Shown here piece after piece: positions 19,964 through 31,490 of a stretch of DNA of 64,000 nucleotides; the first letter of the stretch is position 1, and the number at the start of each line of letters is the position of its first letter. A program made the position numbers and the translations under genes. Below the pieces are notes generated by a model that saw only the letters and a program-made list of their open reading frames with translations, had not been told where the DNA came from and made no database searches. This DNA is from an uncultured delta proteobacterium (GTDB lineage Bacteria; Desulfobacterota; Binatia; Binatales; Binataceae), in the NCBI GenBank assembly GCA_963808235.1, contig CAWEEQ010000004.1, positions 1,728,001-1,792,000 of the forward strand, given 5' to 3'.

Positions 19964-21206
19964 GATGGCATCGACGCCGAACCAATCTCCAGCGAACGCA
20001 ATAATCGATCCATTAATGGGCCAGCTCGAGGTGCTCGAGCCGGGAATCGCGATGTTTCACGGATTTGCGAATGTCGCGTTCGCGTACGGGCGCGGCGAGA
20101 TGATCGTCGTCGATACCAGTTCGCGGCAGATGGGCCCAATCGCGGTGCGCGCGATTCGCGAGGTCAGCCAGGAACCGTTCGCGTTCCTGGTCTATACGCA
20201 TGGGCATGGCGATCACGCTTTCGGCACCGAGGCGTTTATCACCGACGCGCTCTCGCGCGGCCATGCGCGGCCCAGAATCTGGGCGCACGAGGACGTGACC
20301 GCTCGCTTCAGGCGCTACGCGCTCACCCGCCAATGGCAGGCGCATATCAACCGCCTCCAGTTCGGCACGATGTTGCGGCTCGACGATATGTTCAGCGAGA
20401 AGTCATTCAGTTATCCAGACCTCGTATATCGCAACACGCAATTTCTTGACCTGCTCGGCGAGCCGGTGGAATTGCATCACGCGATGGGCGAGACGGACGA
20501 TGCGACGTGGGTCTGGATGCCGACCCGGAAACTCGCGATGGTCGGCGATCTGATCGTCTCTTCGATGCCGAACACTGGCAATCCGAACAAGGTGCAACGC
20601 TACACGCTCGAGTGGGCGCAAGCGCTCGAAGCGATCGCTAAATGCGCTCCACGCATTGTGCTGCCGGGACACGGGCCGGCATATCGCGGTGAAGAGCTAT
20701 GCGACGAAGTGCTCCGCGAAACGGCGCGCGCGCTCAGAATCATCCACGACGAAGTCGTGCGACGCCTAAACGCCGGCGAATGGCCGGTAGATATAATTGA
20801 AGCCGATATTTCGTTACCCGCCGATCTCGCCGCGAAACCATACCTGCGGCCAATCTACGGATGCGTCCCGTTCGTAGTGCGCGACGTTATCCGACGCTAC
20901 GCAGGATGGTGGTCCGGCGAGCCGTCGCAGATGTTTCCGGCATCGCGCAAGGATCACGGCGGTGACTTGGTCGCGCTATGCGGCCGCGACGCGATGCTCG
21001 CAAAGGCCCGCGCGCTGAAGGACGAAGGCCAGTTGAAGCGCGCGCTAGCGATCGCGGAGATCGCGCTGGACGCTGATTCATCCGACAAGGATGCGGCGGT
21101 TCTAAACGCAGAAATCCTCGAAGCGATGGCGTCAGCCGAGCAATCGTTCATCGCCCGCAACTTCTTCGCAGGCGCAGCCCGCCAACTCAGAGAGCGTACG
21201 AAATAG
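19964..21206 (+). CDS. Alkyl sulfatase-like metallo-beta-lactamase
   Basis: YTHGHGDH, GETDDATWVW, PNTGNPNKVQRY, LPGHG and a dimerisation-type C-terminus. Confidence 0.88.
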
Positions 21207-21235
21207 CTCAAGCTACATTTCTGGCGCGTCTTTAA

Positions 21236-21741
21236 TCATTGTGTCATCCCGAGCGAAGCCGAGGGACCCCGGATCTTTCTCGACGCCGATCACTTCGACC
21301 CCGCTTAAGGCGCGCGGAGCCGAGCAGCTCCGAATCCGTTGCGTCACTCGGAGCTCAAACCAGCCCATGCCGGATTCATCGATTCGATCAGTAATTTCTG
21401 CCGCTTCTTTTCATTGTGTCATCCCGAGCGAAGCCGAGGGACCCCGAATCTTTCTCGACGCCGATCACTTCGACCCCGCTTAGGGCCCGCGGAGCCGAGC
21501 AGCTCCGAATCCGTTGCGTCACTCGGAGCTCAAATCATCCCACTCGGGATTCATCGATTCGATCAGTAATTTCTGCCGCTTCTTTTCATTGTGTCATCCC
21601 GAGCGAAGCCGAGGGACCCCGAATCTTTCTCGACGCCGATCACTTCGACCCCGCTTAAGGCGCGCGGAGCCGAGCAGCTCCGAATCCGTTGCGTCACTCG
21701 GAGCTCAAATCATCCCACTCGGGATTCATCGATTCGATCAG
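21236..21741. repeat. Tandem array of 175-bp units x3 (left end of GIY-YIG element plus last 16 codons of the gene)
   Basis: Units start at 21236, 21411 and 21586; the third runs into the intact gene. Confidence 0.95.
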
Positions 21742-22076
21742 CTTGATTTTCTTCGCACGCGTCCAATTCTTCAGTTGCTTTTCGCGCGAGATAGCTGCGG
21801 ATGCATCCGCGAATTCTTCGAACCAGACTAGCCGAGAAATGTTGTAGGTGGCGGTGAACCCAGGCGTCACCTTGATCCGATGCTCATTCATGCGCCGGGC
21901 CAGATCGTTCGTTACTCCGATGTAGATGGTGCGCGATGGGCTCGCGGCGATGTATACGAAGAAGGAGGAGCGTGCTTTGCCCATAGGCAGCTCGGCTCAG
22001 CGTGCCCCAAGCGAGGCCGAGGTGGCCGGCGTCGAGAAAGATCCGGGGTCCCTCGGCTGCGCTCGGGATGACACAA
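21589..22076 (-). mobile_element. Putative GIY-YIG mini-element with terminal inverted repeats
   Basis: 21589-21638 is the reverse complement of 22027-22076 (2 mismatches) and the similarity continues imperfectly ~40 bp inward; the sole cargo is a GIY-YIG gene. Confidence 0.7.
21694..21984 (-). CDS. Stand-alone GIY-YIG nuclease (96 aa)
   Basis: VYIAAS...IYIGVTNDLARRMNEH, GFT..YN..RLVWFE, AISREKQLKNW.R.KK..LIE..NPEWDDL. Confidence 0.93.
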   Translation of the reverse strand: MGKARSSFFVYIAASPSRTIYIGVTNDLARRMNEHRIKVTPGFTATYNISRLVWFEEFADASAAISREKQLKNWTRAKKIKLIESMNPEWDDLSSE

Positions 22077-22497
22077 AGAAATGACACCGAAATAATGCGA
22101 TGCGCCGGGCTAGATCGTTCGTAACTCCGATGTAGATGGTACGCGATGGGCTCGCGGCGATGTATACGAAGAAGGAGGAGCGTGCTTTACCCATAGGCAG
22201 CTCGGCTCAGCGTGCCCCAAGCGAGGCCGAGGTGGCCGGCGTCGAGAAAGATCCGGGGTCCCTCGGCTGCGCTCGGGATGACACAAAGAAATGACACCGA
22301 AATAACGCGATGCGCCGCGCCAAATCGTTCGTTACTCCGATGTAGATGGTGCGCGATGGGCTCGCGGCAATGTATACGAAGAAGGAGGAGCGTGCTTTAC
22401 CCATAGGCAGCTCGGCTCAGCGTGCCCCAAGCGAGGCCGAGGTGGCCGGCGTCGAGAAAGATCCGGGGTCCCTCGGCTTCGCTCGGGATGACACAAA
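21890..22497. repeat. Tandem array of 210-bp units x3 (first ~31 codons of the gene plus right end of element)
   Basis: Units start at 21890, 22100 and 22310; they generate truncated ORFs 21997-22194 and 22207-22404. Confidence 0.95.
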
Positions 22498-22593
22498 AAT
22501 AACTCGGGATGATACAAAGATGAGATGACACAAAGATCAAATGACACAAAGATGAAGTGATACACAAAGATGAAGTGGCACGGAAATAACGCG
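22487..22593. repeat. Degenerate 17-21 bp microrepeats of the element tip (ATGACACAAAGA)
   Basis: gatgacacaaaaat, gatgatacaaagat, gatgacacaaagat, aatgacacaaagat, tgatacacaaagat. Confidence 0.8.
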
Positions 22594-22617
22594 CGCGTGA
22601 GAAACAACGGAAAAAAT

Positions 22618-24885
<2,268 letters not shown>

Positions 24886-24968
24886 GATGAGCTACCCATC
24901 TTACCAGCTTTTGATTTCGTGCCGAATGCCCACGGTCTTGCGCTCATTTTGTGGGCTCCGTAGATGCC

Positions 24969-25024
24969 TGTGGATAAGTGTATCTGGCAGCCGAAGTCCG
25001 ACACTTCAACCCTACTTATCCACA
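24969..25024. promoter_or_regulatory. Two inverted perfect DnaA boxes upstream of uvrB
   Basis: TGTGGATAA at 24969-24977 and TTATCCACA at 25016-25024. Confidence 0.7.
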
Positions 25025-25235
25025 AGCATGCTGCTCCCGATGGTCAAAGATGACCATCCAAGGGGCTAAAAAATCTCGCATTTTCCGGTCCCGACGTGTT
25101 GCATTCTCGTTACAAATATAACTATATTTCCCCGTCAATTGGGTGGGGATCGTAGATTATCCGGCCGCCATTGTGTTCTGGGGGCATTTAGAGGGGTTCG
25201 TACGCGCAGACACGCACTTGGGTGAGGAGGAGTCC

Positions 25236-25949
25236 ATGAGCTGGAAATCAAGGTTTGTAAGGTCGATCGCGGGCCTTTTAGGCATCGCACTGCTCGCGGT
25301 CAATATGACCGGATGCGCCTGGGTCGAGAGGCCGCGCCATTGGGATGGATGCGCCATTGGGGGCGCCCTGCTCGGCGCAGGTATCGGCGCCGCCTCGGGT
25401 ATCGTCATCGTCGACAACACCCGCGGCCATACTGAAACTGCCAAGAGCGCCAAAGTCTATGCTGGCGTAGGCGGCGCTCTTGCCGGTGCGTTGATCGGCG
25501 GCGTCGCGGGCCATTTGATCTGCGATCCTCTGATCCCGCCACCACCGCCTCCTGCACCGCCACCACCTCCTCCGCCGCCGCCACCTCCGCCACCGCCGCC
25601 ACCGGCTCCGGTGAAGTTGATCCTGCGCGGCGTACACTTCGACTTCAACAAGTCGAAGATCAGGCCGGGTGATGCCGCCGTTCTGGATGAGGCCGCGTCC
25701 ACGCTGAAGGCCAATCCGAACGTCACGGTGAACGTTAACGGTTACTGCGACGCGATCGGCGGGGTTGACTACAACCTCAGACTTTCCGATCGGCGTTCCA
25801 ACGCGGTCGTGGATTACCTGGTGAACGCGGGCATTCCCGCCAGCCGGCTGATTCCGCATGGCTACGGCAAGAGCGACTTCGTAGCCACCAATGATACGGC
25901 CGAGGGCCGCGCTCAGAACCGTCGCGTCGAACTGGTGCCCAACCAGTAA
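25236..25949 (+). CDS. OmpA-family lipoprotein with glycine zipper and poly-Pro linker
   Basis: GAGGAGG RBS, lipobox MTGC, VHFDFNKS, YNLRLSDRR, GRAQNRRVE. Confidence 0.93.
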   Translation: MSWKSRFVRSIAGLLGIALLAVNMTGCAWVERPRHWDGCAIGGALLGAGIGAASGIVIVDNTRGHTETAKSAKVYAGVGGALAGALIGGVAGHLICDPLIPPPPPPAPPPPPPPPPPPPPPPPAPVKLILRGVHFDFNKSKIRPGDAAVLDEAASTLKANPNVTVNVNGYCDAIGGVDYNLRLSDRRSNAVVDYLVNAGIPASRLIPHGYGKSDFVATNDTAEGRAQNRRVELVPNQ

Positions 25950-25976
25950 GTTCGAGTCAAGTCTGGATCTGTGAAA

Positions 25977-26018
25977 GCGGCCGTAGTCCCATAAAATGGG
26001 GCTGCGGCCGTCTTTTTT
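25977..26018 (+). terminator. Rho-independent terminator
   Basis: cggccgtagtccca-taaaa-tggggctgcggccg followed by a T-tract. Confidence 0.75.
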
Positions 26019-26063
26019 CCGGCTCGGGTCGCTAGAGGTTCTGTTCGCCTCGTAGGAGCATTT

Positions 26064-26708
26064 ATGTACATGCTGACGACAGGGCGCACTTCTGATGTGG
26101 GGAGCATCATTATGACGACCATAAAGCTAAGGGGAACAAGAGCCATCTTCGCCGCACTGACGGTCTCGGCGGTTATTCTCATGATGCCGTCGCATGGCCG
26201 GTCGCAAGTCGCGGAGCCCGCGATCGCGGCCGCCGACGCGCAGGCGGCAATCGCGCCGCAGAGCGAGAGCGCCGCCACCACCGGCAGCACGTCTCCGTCA
26301 GGGCGCAAGACACTGCGTCAGCGGGTCAAGTCGCTGGTCGAGCGGCTGACGCCCGAGCGCATCAAGCTCAATCGCGACTTCAAAGTCGCATCTGCCGAGT
26401 TCCCGGACTTCTGCAAGCACTGGGAGCAGAATCTGCACGACCGCGAGGTGAACAACCTCAACAAGCTGAACTTCAGCCCGAAGGACGGTTTCGAGACCGC
26501 CACTTACACTGGCTACGGCAAGATCTCCGCATGCGAGTCGCATCAGTCAAAGGACGGTTACTCGATCGGCAAGCTCTCGTACGAGGAGTTCGTCTACTAC
26601 GTCGTCGGCAAAACCAGGGAAGAGGCGCGCAGCGCCACTCCCAAAACGATCAGCGACACGCACACGACTGAGATCTTTCGCTGGGAAAAAAACAAGTGGT
26701 TCTACTAG
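26064..26708 (+). CDS. Exported hypothetical protein
   Basis: Signal-like hydrophobic stretch and coding-like codon usage; start uncertain. Confidence 0.7.
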   Translation: MYMLTTGRTSDVGSIIMTTIKLRGTRAIFAALTVSAVILMMPSHGRSQVAEPAIAAADAQAAIAPQSESAATTGSTSPSGRKTLRQRVKSLVERLTPERIKLNRDFKVASAEFPDFCKHWEQNLHDREVNNLNKLNFSPKDGFETATYTGYGKISACESHQSKDGYSIGKLSYEEFVYYVVGKTREEARSATPKTISDTHTTEIFRWEKNKWFY

Positions 26709-26799
26709 GCCGCGGCAGCGCCTGAATCAAATCGGCCTGCACAGTTCCCGGACCCGATAAATCCGCCTTCGCTGATCGTCAGATCGATCGGGGTTCTCG

Positions 26800-26838
26800 C
26801 GTCACCTATGCATTCCTACCGTCACCTATGCATTCCTA
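26800..26838. repeat. 20-bp tandem direct repeat
   Basis: cgtcacctatgcattccta twice at a 20-bp period, just before TTGACG at 26842. Confidence 0.8.
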
Positions 26839-26995
26839 TCGTTGACGATCAGAACTACCGGTGCTAATAGCCTCCCCAGATCGTAGCAGGTCGCTGCTAC
26901 GGACTTTGTACTTCTTGGTCGTCTAACTCCATTTTCGCGGACGCGACCGGACAACTTCGGAGGACTCGCGGCCCGCTTTTCGGGGGTGACATTCG

Positions 26996-28663
26996 ATGAA
27001 AGTTTCGTGCGCAGAGAACCCGCGCGTCGGGCTGCTTATCGGCCTGCTCGCAATCACCTTCCTATTGATCGCGCAGCCGGCGTTCGCCACACCGGCATGC
27101 ACCGTCACGGCGCTGCAGGCGCTATTCCCACCTGCGACTGACACGACGATCACTTCAGCAACCCTGTCGGGAGCAAATTGCATCGTGAAGGGCGCGATCG
27201 CGACGACCTCCGGCACCCAGACCGGCAAAGTGCTCTTCGCAGTCGGACTGCCTGCGCCGGCAGCGTGGAACGGCCGTTTCGTGTTTGTCGGGGGTGGAGG
27301 TTTTCAGGGCAGCCTGCCCTCACCAACTGCACTGCTCCCGTTCGGTTTTGCGGAAGCCGTGACCGATACCGGTCATGAATCGATCTTTGGTCCCGCCGCA
27401 TCGCTTGACGGCAGCTTCGCCCTTATCGAGCCCGGCAATATTCCGAACATGGCCGCGATCGAGGATTTCGCGTATCGCGCTGTTCATCTCAGCACCGTCG
27501 CGGGTCAGAGCCTGACCAACCAGTACTACGGCTCGCCGATGTTCTCGTATTTCGACGGATGCTCGACGGGTGGACGCCAGGCGCTGGTCGAGGCGCAGAA
27601 ATTCCCAGACGACTTCAACGGGATCGTCGCCGGCGACCCGGCAATCAGCGATCCGATCGCAGGATTTAACTGGAACGATCTGGCCCTGCTCACAGACTCC
27701 ACCGGTGACAGCTGGCTGCCGCCCGCCCAGATCGCTGTGCTCGATGCGGCCGTGACCGCCGCCTGCGACGGCTCTGACGGCGTGATCGACGGCTTGATCG
27801 AAGATCCGCGCCTGTGCAAGTTCGATCCGGCGTCGATCCAATGCAGCAAAAAGCTCACCTCCAACTGCCTCACCGCGGCGCAGGTCGCGACAGTCAAGAA
27901 GATTTATGCCGGCGCGACGACTCCCGACGGTACGCAGCTCTATCCCGGCTATTCGGCCAGCAACCCGGGCGGCAACGACGGATGGGAGCTGTGGATTACC
28001 GGATTTGCGCAACCGCCCGACGGATTCGGGGTCGACAATCCGTACGGCGTCGTTCCCGCATCGTTCGGCGCCGCGCCGCTCCAGTTCTCGTTCCAGGACC
28101 AGTTCATGAAGTACTTCGTCTTCGATGACCCGTTGTACAATTCGCTCACTTTCGATTTCACCGATCCAACCCAGGTCGCGCTGCTCAACACGGTCATCAC
28201 GAATTTCAACTCCAACGGCGAGGACACCGACCTTTCGCCGTTCTTCGGCGCCGGCGGCAAGCTGGTCATGTACCACGGATGGAGCGATCCGGCGCTGACG
28301 CCGTTCGTCAGCGTGGACTACTACTCAGCAGTGGCCAAGACGCTCGGCGGCGGCTTCAAGCATCTGCAAGACAACGCGCGCCTGTTCATGGTGCCTGGGA
28401 TGCATCACTGCTCCGGCGGTCCTGGCCCCTACAACTTCGACCCGCTGTCTCCGCTCATCGCATGGGTTGAGACTGGGACCGCGCCCGACAGCATAATTGG
28501 CGAGGTACCGGCAGGCCCGCAGGCAGGTCGCACTTTCCCGCTCTGCCCGTTTCCGAGTCTCGCGGTCTTTCAAGGCGGCAACGTGAACGACGCGGCGAAC
28601 TGGGTGTGCAAGGCGCACACCAACCAACGCTTCGGCCATGGCAAAGGCCATCATCATGGATGA
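26996..28663 (+). CDS. Secreted tannase/feruloyl esterase family hydrolase
   Basis: WNGRF..GGGG, TDTGH, GCSTGGRQ, YHGWSD, LFMVPGMHHC, PLCPFP. Confidence 0.93.
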   Translation: MKVSCAENPRVGLLIGLLAITFLLIAQPAFATPACTVTALQALFPPATDTTITSATLSGANCIVKGAIATTSGTQTGKVLFAVGLPAPAAWNGRFVFVGGGGFQGSLPSPTALLPFGFAEAVTDTGHESIFGPAASLDGSFALIEPGNIPNMAAIEDFAYRAVHLSTVAGQSLTNQYYGSPMFSYFDGCSTGGRQALVEAQKFPDDFNGIVAGDPAISDPIAGFNWNDLALLTDSTGDSWLPPAQIAVLDAAVTAACDGSDGVIDGLIEDPRLCKFDPASIQCSKKLTSNCLTAAQVATVKKIYAGATTPDGTQLYPGYSASNPGGNDGWELWITGFAQPPDGFGVDNPYGVVPASFGAAPLQFSFQDQFMKYFVFDDPLYNSLTFDFTDPTQVALLNTVITNFNSNGEDTDLSPFFGAGGKLVMYHGWSDPALTPFVSVDYYSAVAKTLGGGFKHLQDNARLFMVPGMHHCSGGPGPYNFDPLSPLIAWVETGTAPDSIIGEVPAGPQAGRTFPLCPFPSLAVFQGGNVNDAANWVCKAHTNQRFGHGKGHHHG

Positions 28664-28699
28664 GCCCTGAGCCAGTCCTGCGGCCAACGACAACGATGC

Positions 28700-28728
28700 G
28701 CCCCGCCGAGCGTAATGCTCGACGGGGC
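28700..28728. terminator. Hairpin between convergent genes
   Basis: gccccgccgagc-gtaat-gctcgacggggc. Confidence 0.5.
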
Positions 28729-28750
28729 GCGTCCGTAAAATAGTAAAATC

Positions 28751-29991
28751 CTAATTCAGCTCCTTGCTGCTGTAGCCGAGGATTCGGCGCGCGACGATTA
28801 TCATGTTGATCTGCTGGGTGCCCTCGAAGATGTCGTTGATCTTCGCGTCGCGCATCCACTTCTCCACCAGCAACTTGCGCGAGTAGCCGAGCGGCCCCAG
28901 AATCTCCACCGCCTTCTGCGTGATCAACGTGACCGCGAGACCGGCCTTCGCCTTGGCCATCGAAGCTTCGAGGCTGTTGCGCTTGCCCATGTCGAGCATC
29001 CATGCCGCCCGCCAGGTGAGCAGCCGCGCCGCCTGCAGTTGCACTTCCATCTCCATGAAATCGCGTTCGACGGCGGTCAGATGCCGCGGTGAGATTCCGT
29101 AGCGGACCGCGACGTTCTGTTCCTTGAGGAAATCGCGCACGAAGTCGAGCGCCGCGCGCCCTACTCCCAGAGCCATCGCCGCGACGATCGGCCGGGTCGC
29201 GTCGAAGGTCGCCATCACGTCCTTGAATCCGCCCTCGCGCTGGACTTCGGGGCTGCCGAGAATCGAGTCGAACGGGATCCGGCAGTTGTCGAAGACGATC
29301 GCGGCGGTGTCCGACGCGCGGATACCGAGTTTGTTTTCAACCCGGACCACCGTCATGCCCGGCGTGTTATGCTCGACCACGAACGGCTTGATCCCCGGGC
29401 GTCCGGCGCTCTTGTCGACCGTCGCCCAGACCACGACGAAGCCTTCGGACTTCTCCGCCGCCATCTGGCCCGCGGTGCAGAAAATCTTGGTGCCGTTGAT
29501 CACCCAGTGATCGCCGTCGCGAGTCGCGGTAGTCGTGACCGCCGACGAATCGGACCCGAATCCCGGCTCCGTGATAGCCATCGCGCCCCACTTGGGCTTG
29601 CCGTCGCGAAAGCGTTTGAGAAAGCGCTCCTTCTGCTCGGGAGTTCCCGCCGCCATCACGGCCGCGCCGCCTAGTCCCGAGTTTGGAGTGGACAGGAACA
29701 GGCCCGCGTCGCCCCAGCACAGTTCCTCGGTGCTCAGCACCGTGTATAGATTGCGCAGCGCCGGACGGGCCGCGCCGCCGGCTTTGTCGCTGATTTTTTC
29801 TCGGCCTTGTTGTCTCCGACCTGCACGTCGGACATCGCCGACGCCTGCCACATCATTTCGAAAAATTGGGTCGGCTTTTCGTGCTCACGCTCGTCGTACT
29901 CGCGCGAGATCGGACGCATCATATGCTCCGACACTCCGTGATACATCTTGAGCCGGTTGATTACGGTAGGTTCGAGTTCGAAATCGATCAT
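28751..29991 (-). CDS. Acyl-CoA dehydrogenase, frameshifted at an A-run near 29795
   Basis: N-terminus MIDFELEP..MRPISREYDEREHEKP in one frame; EELCWGD, AITEPGFGSD, INGTKIF, RDAKINDIFEGTQQI in another. One extra A restores the frame. Confidence 0.88.
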
Positions 29992-30019
29992 CGTGATTTC
30001 TCCGCCGAGTTTCTTCTTC

Positions 30020-30047
30020 TAGTGGCACGGGCGTCCCTGCCCGTGAT
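30020..30047. repeat. REP-like palindrome, family C (second copy)
   Basis: Identical to 19924-19951. Confidence 0.8.
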
Positions 30048-30049
30048 CC

Positions 30050-31160
30050 TCATACCGTTGCGATACCGTCAATCGCCGCAAATCCGCGCGCGTTCCGGAG
30101 CCACATCTCGACCGGATGCTCGCGGATATAGCCGTGGCCGCCGAGCACCTGGACCGCATTGTCGGTGACCTTGAGCGCGCTCGCCGCGACGTAATTCTTC
30201 GCGAGGTAGCTCTCCCGCAGCGCGTCGCCGCCCTTATCGAGATGCGACGCCGCTTCCCAGACCAGCAGGCGCGCCGCGTCGGTCTCGATCGCCATGTCGG
30301 CGAGGATAAACGCGATCGCCTGCTTGGTCGCGATCGGTACGCCGAACGCCTTGCGCTCTTTCGCGTAGTCGCGGGCGTATTCATACGCGGCGTTCATCAC
30401 CCCGACTCCCATCGCGGCAAACGCGACCCGCGACTCGCTCATCAGGCGCGAAAAGTTGATTCCCTTGTCGCCGCCGAGACGAGCATCTGCGCCGACGCGG
30501 CAGTCTTTCAAAGTAAGTTCGTAAGTCGCGAGACCCTTGAGTCCCATGTTCTTCTCGCGCTCGGAAATCGTGAGTCCGGCAGTCGCGCGGGGAACGATGA
30601 ATGCGCTGACGCCGGCGAGCCCCGCACTCGCGTCGGTCGCCGCGTATAAGAGGATCGTTTCCGACTCGGCTGCGACCGGCACGATGCATTTGGCGCCGTT
30701 CAGGATGAAGCCGCCGCCGTCTTTCCTGGCGGTAACTTGCAGCCCGGTCAGATCGAAATCGAATCGCGGTTCCATCACCGCCGCGGTGGCCGCGACCGGG
30801 TCTGCGCCGGTGAACGCTTTGAGGTACTTTGCGCGCTGATCGTCAGTGCCCATCTCGATTATCGGAAACGCAAGCAGCCGCGGCGCGAGCACGTGCAGAG
30901 CGATCGACAAATCGCCGAAGCCGAGTTCCTCGGCGACGATCGCCCCGGTCACCGCCGAGCGCGCATCGCCACCGCCGCCGAACTTTTCCGGGACCGGCCC
31001 GCTGACGAGCCCGAGTTGCCACGCCTTCGCGACCAGCGCGCGCAGGAATCTTGCCGCTCTCATCTGCCGGACGCGCAGCGGGACGAATCTCCTCGCGCGC
31101 AAACGCCCCCACGCTGTCGCGAATCATCTGTTGTTCTTCACTGAGTTCGAAGTCGATCAT
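30050..31160 (-). CDS. Acyl-CoA dehydrogenase, frameshifted near 31042
   Basis: MIDFELSEEQQMIRD..FA.EEIRP in one frame; EELGFGD, LNGAK, YAKERKAFGVPI, VQVLGGHGYIREHPVE in another. Confidence 0.88.
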
Positions 31161-31490
31161 GAATTTCGGCGGTATCCTCCCGCTGAATTTAGTAATTGAG
31201 AGTACGCACTTTACGCAATTTCCCCAAGTCCCGCATCAGCGCCACTACGCCGAGAGTCCCGCACCACCCGCGACGATTCGGAGCACCCTTGATGACATCG
31301 TCCCCGTCCGTTGCCATCGAGCTCGGATTTCCGTTTTCTAAGCCACCTACGAATTTGATAAAATGACGCAAGCCCTTGATAGACATGGCTTTGGATGCGA
31401 CCACCTCAGCACGGAGGTGGAGCGGCGGTGGTATCGGACAAACATCCTGCAATGCGCCTCGCGGTTGTGAACTAGAGGAGAATCGCGTCA

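Noticed and set aside
21241-21831. Plus-strand ORFs in the repeat array (MSSRAKPRDP..., ...CHPERSRG...)
   Set aside because: These are translations of the palindromic repeat, with no independent coding evidence.
21694-21984. GIY-YIG gene as a UvrC substitute because it follows uvrB
   Set aside because: It has no UVR, RNase H-like or HhH domains, belongs to the stand-alone NPxWxDL type and sits inside its own inverted repeats; the adjacency is probably incidental.
21236-22497. CRISPR or guide-RNA array interpretation of the tandem repeats
   Set aside because: Units are 175 and 210 bp and near-identical throughout, with no unique spacers and no cas genes; the content is the element's own ends.
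24886-25235. Replication origin
   Set aside because: Only two perfect DnaA boxes and no origin-associated genes nearby; kept as a regulatory site instead.
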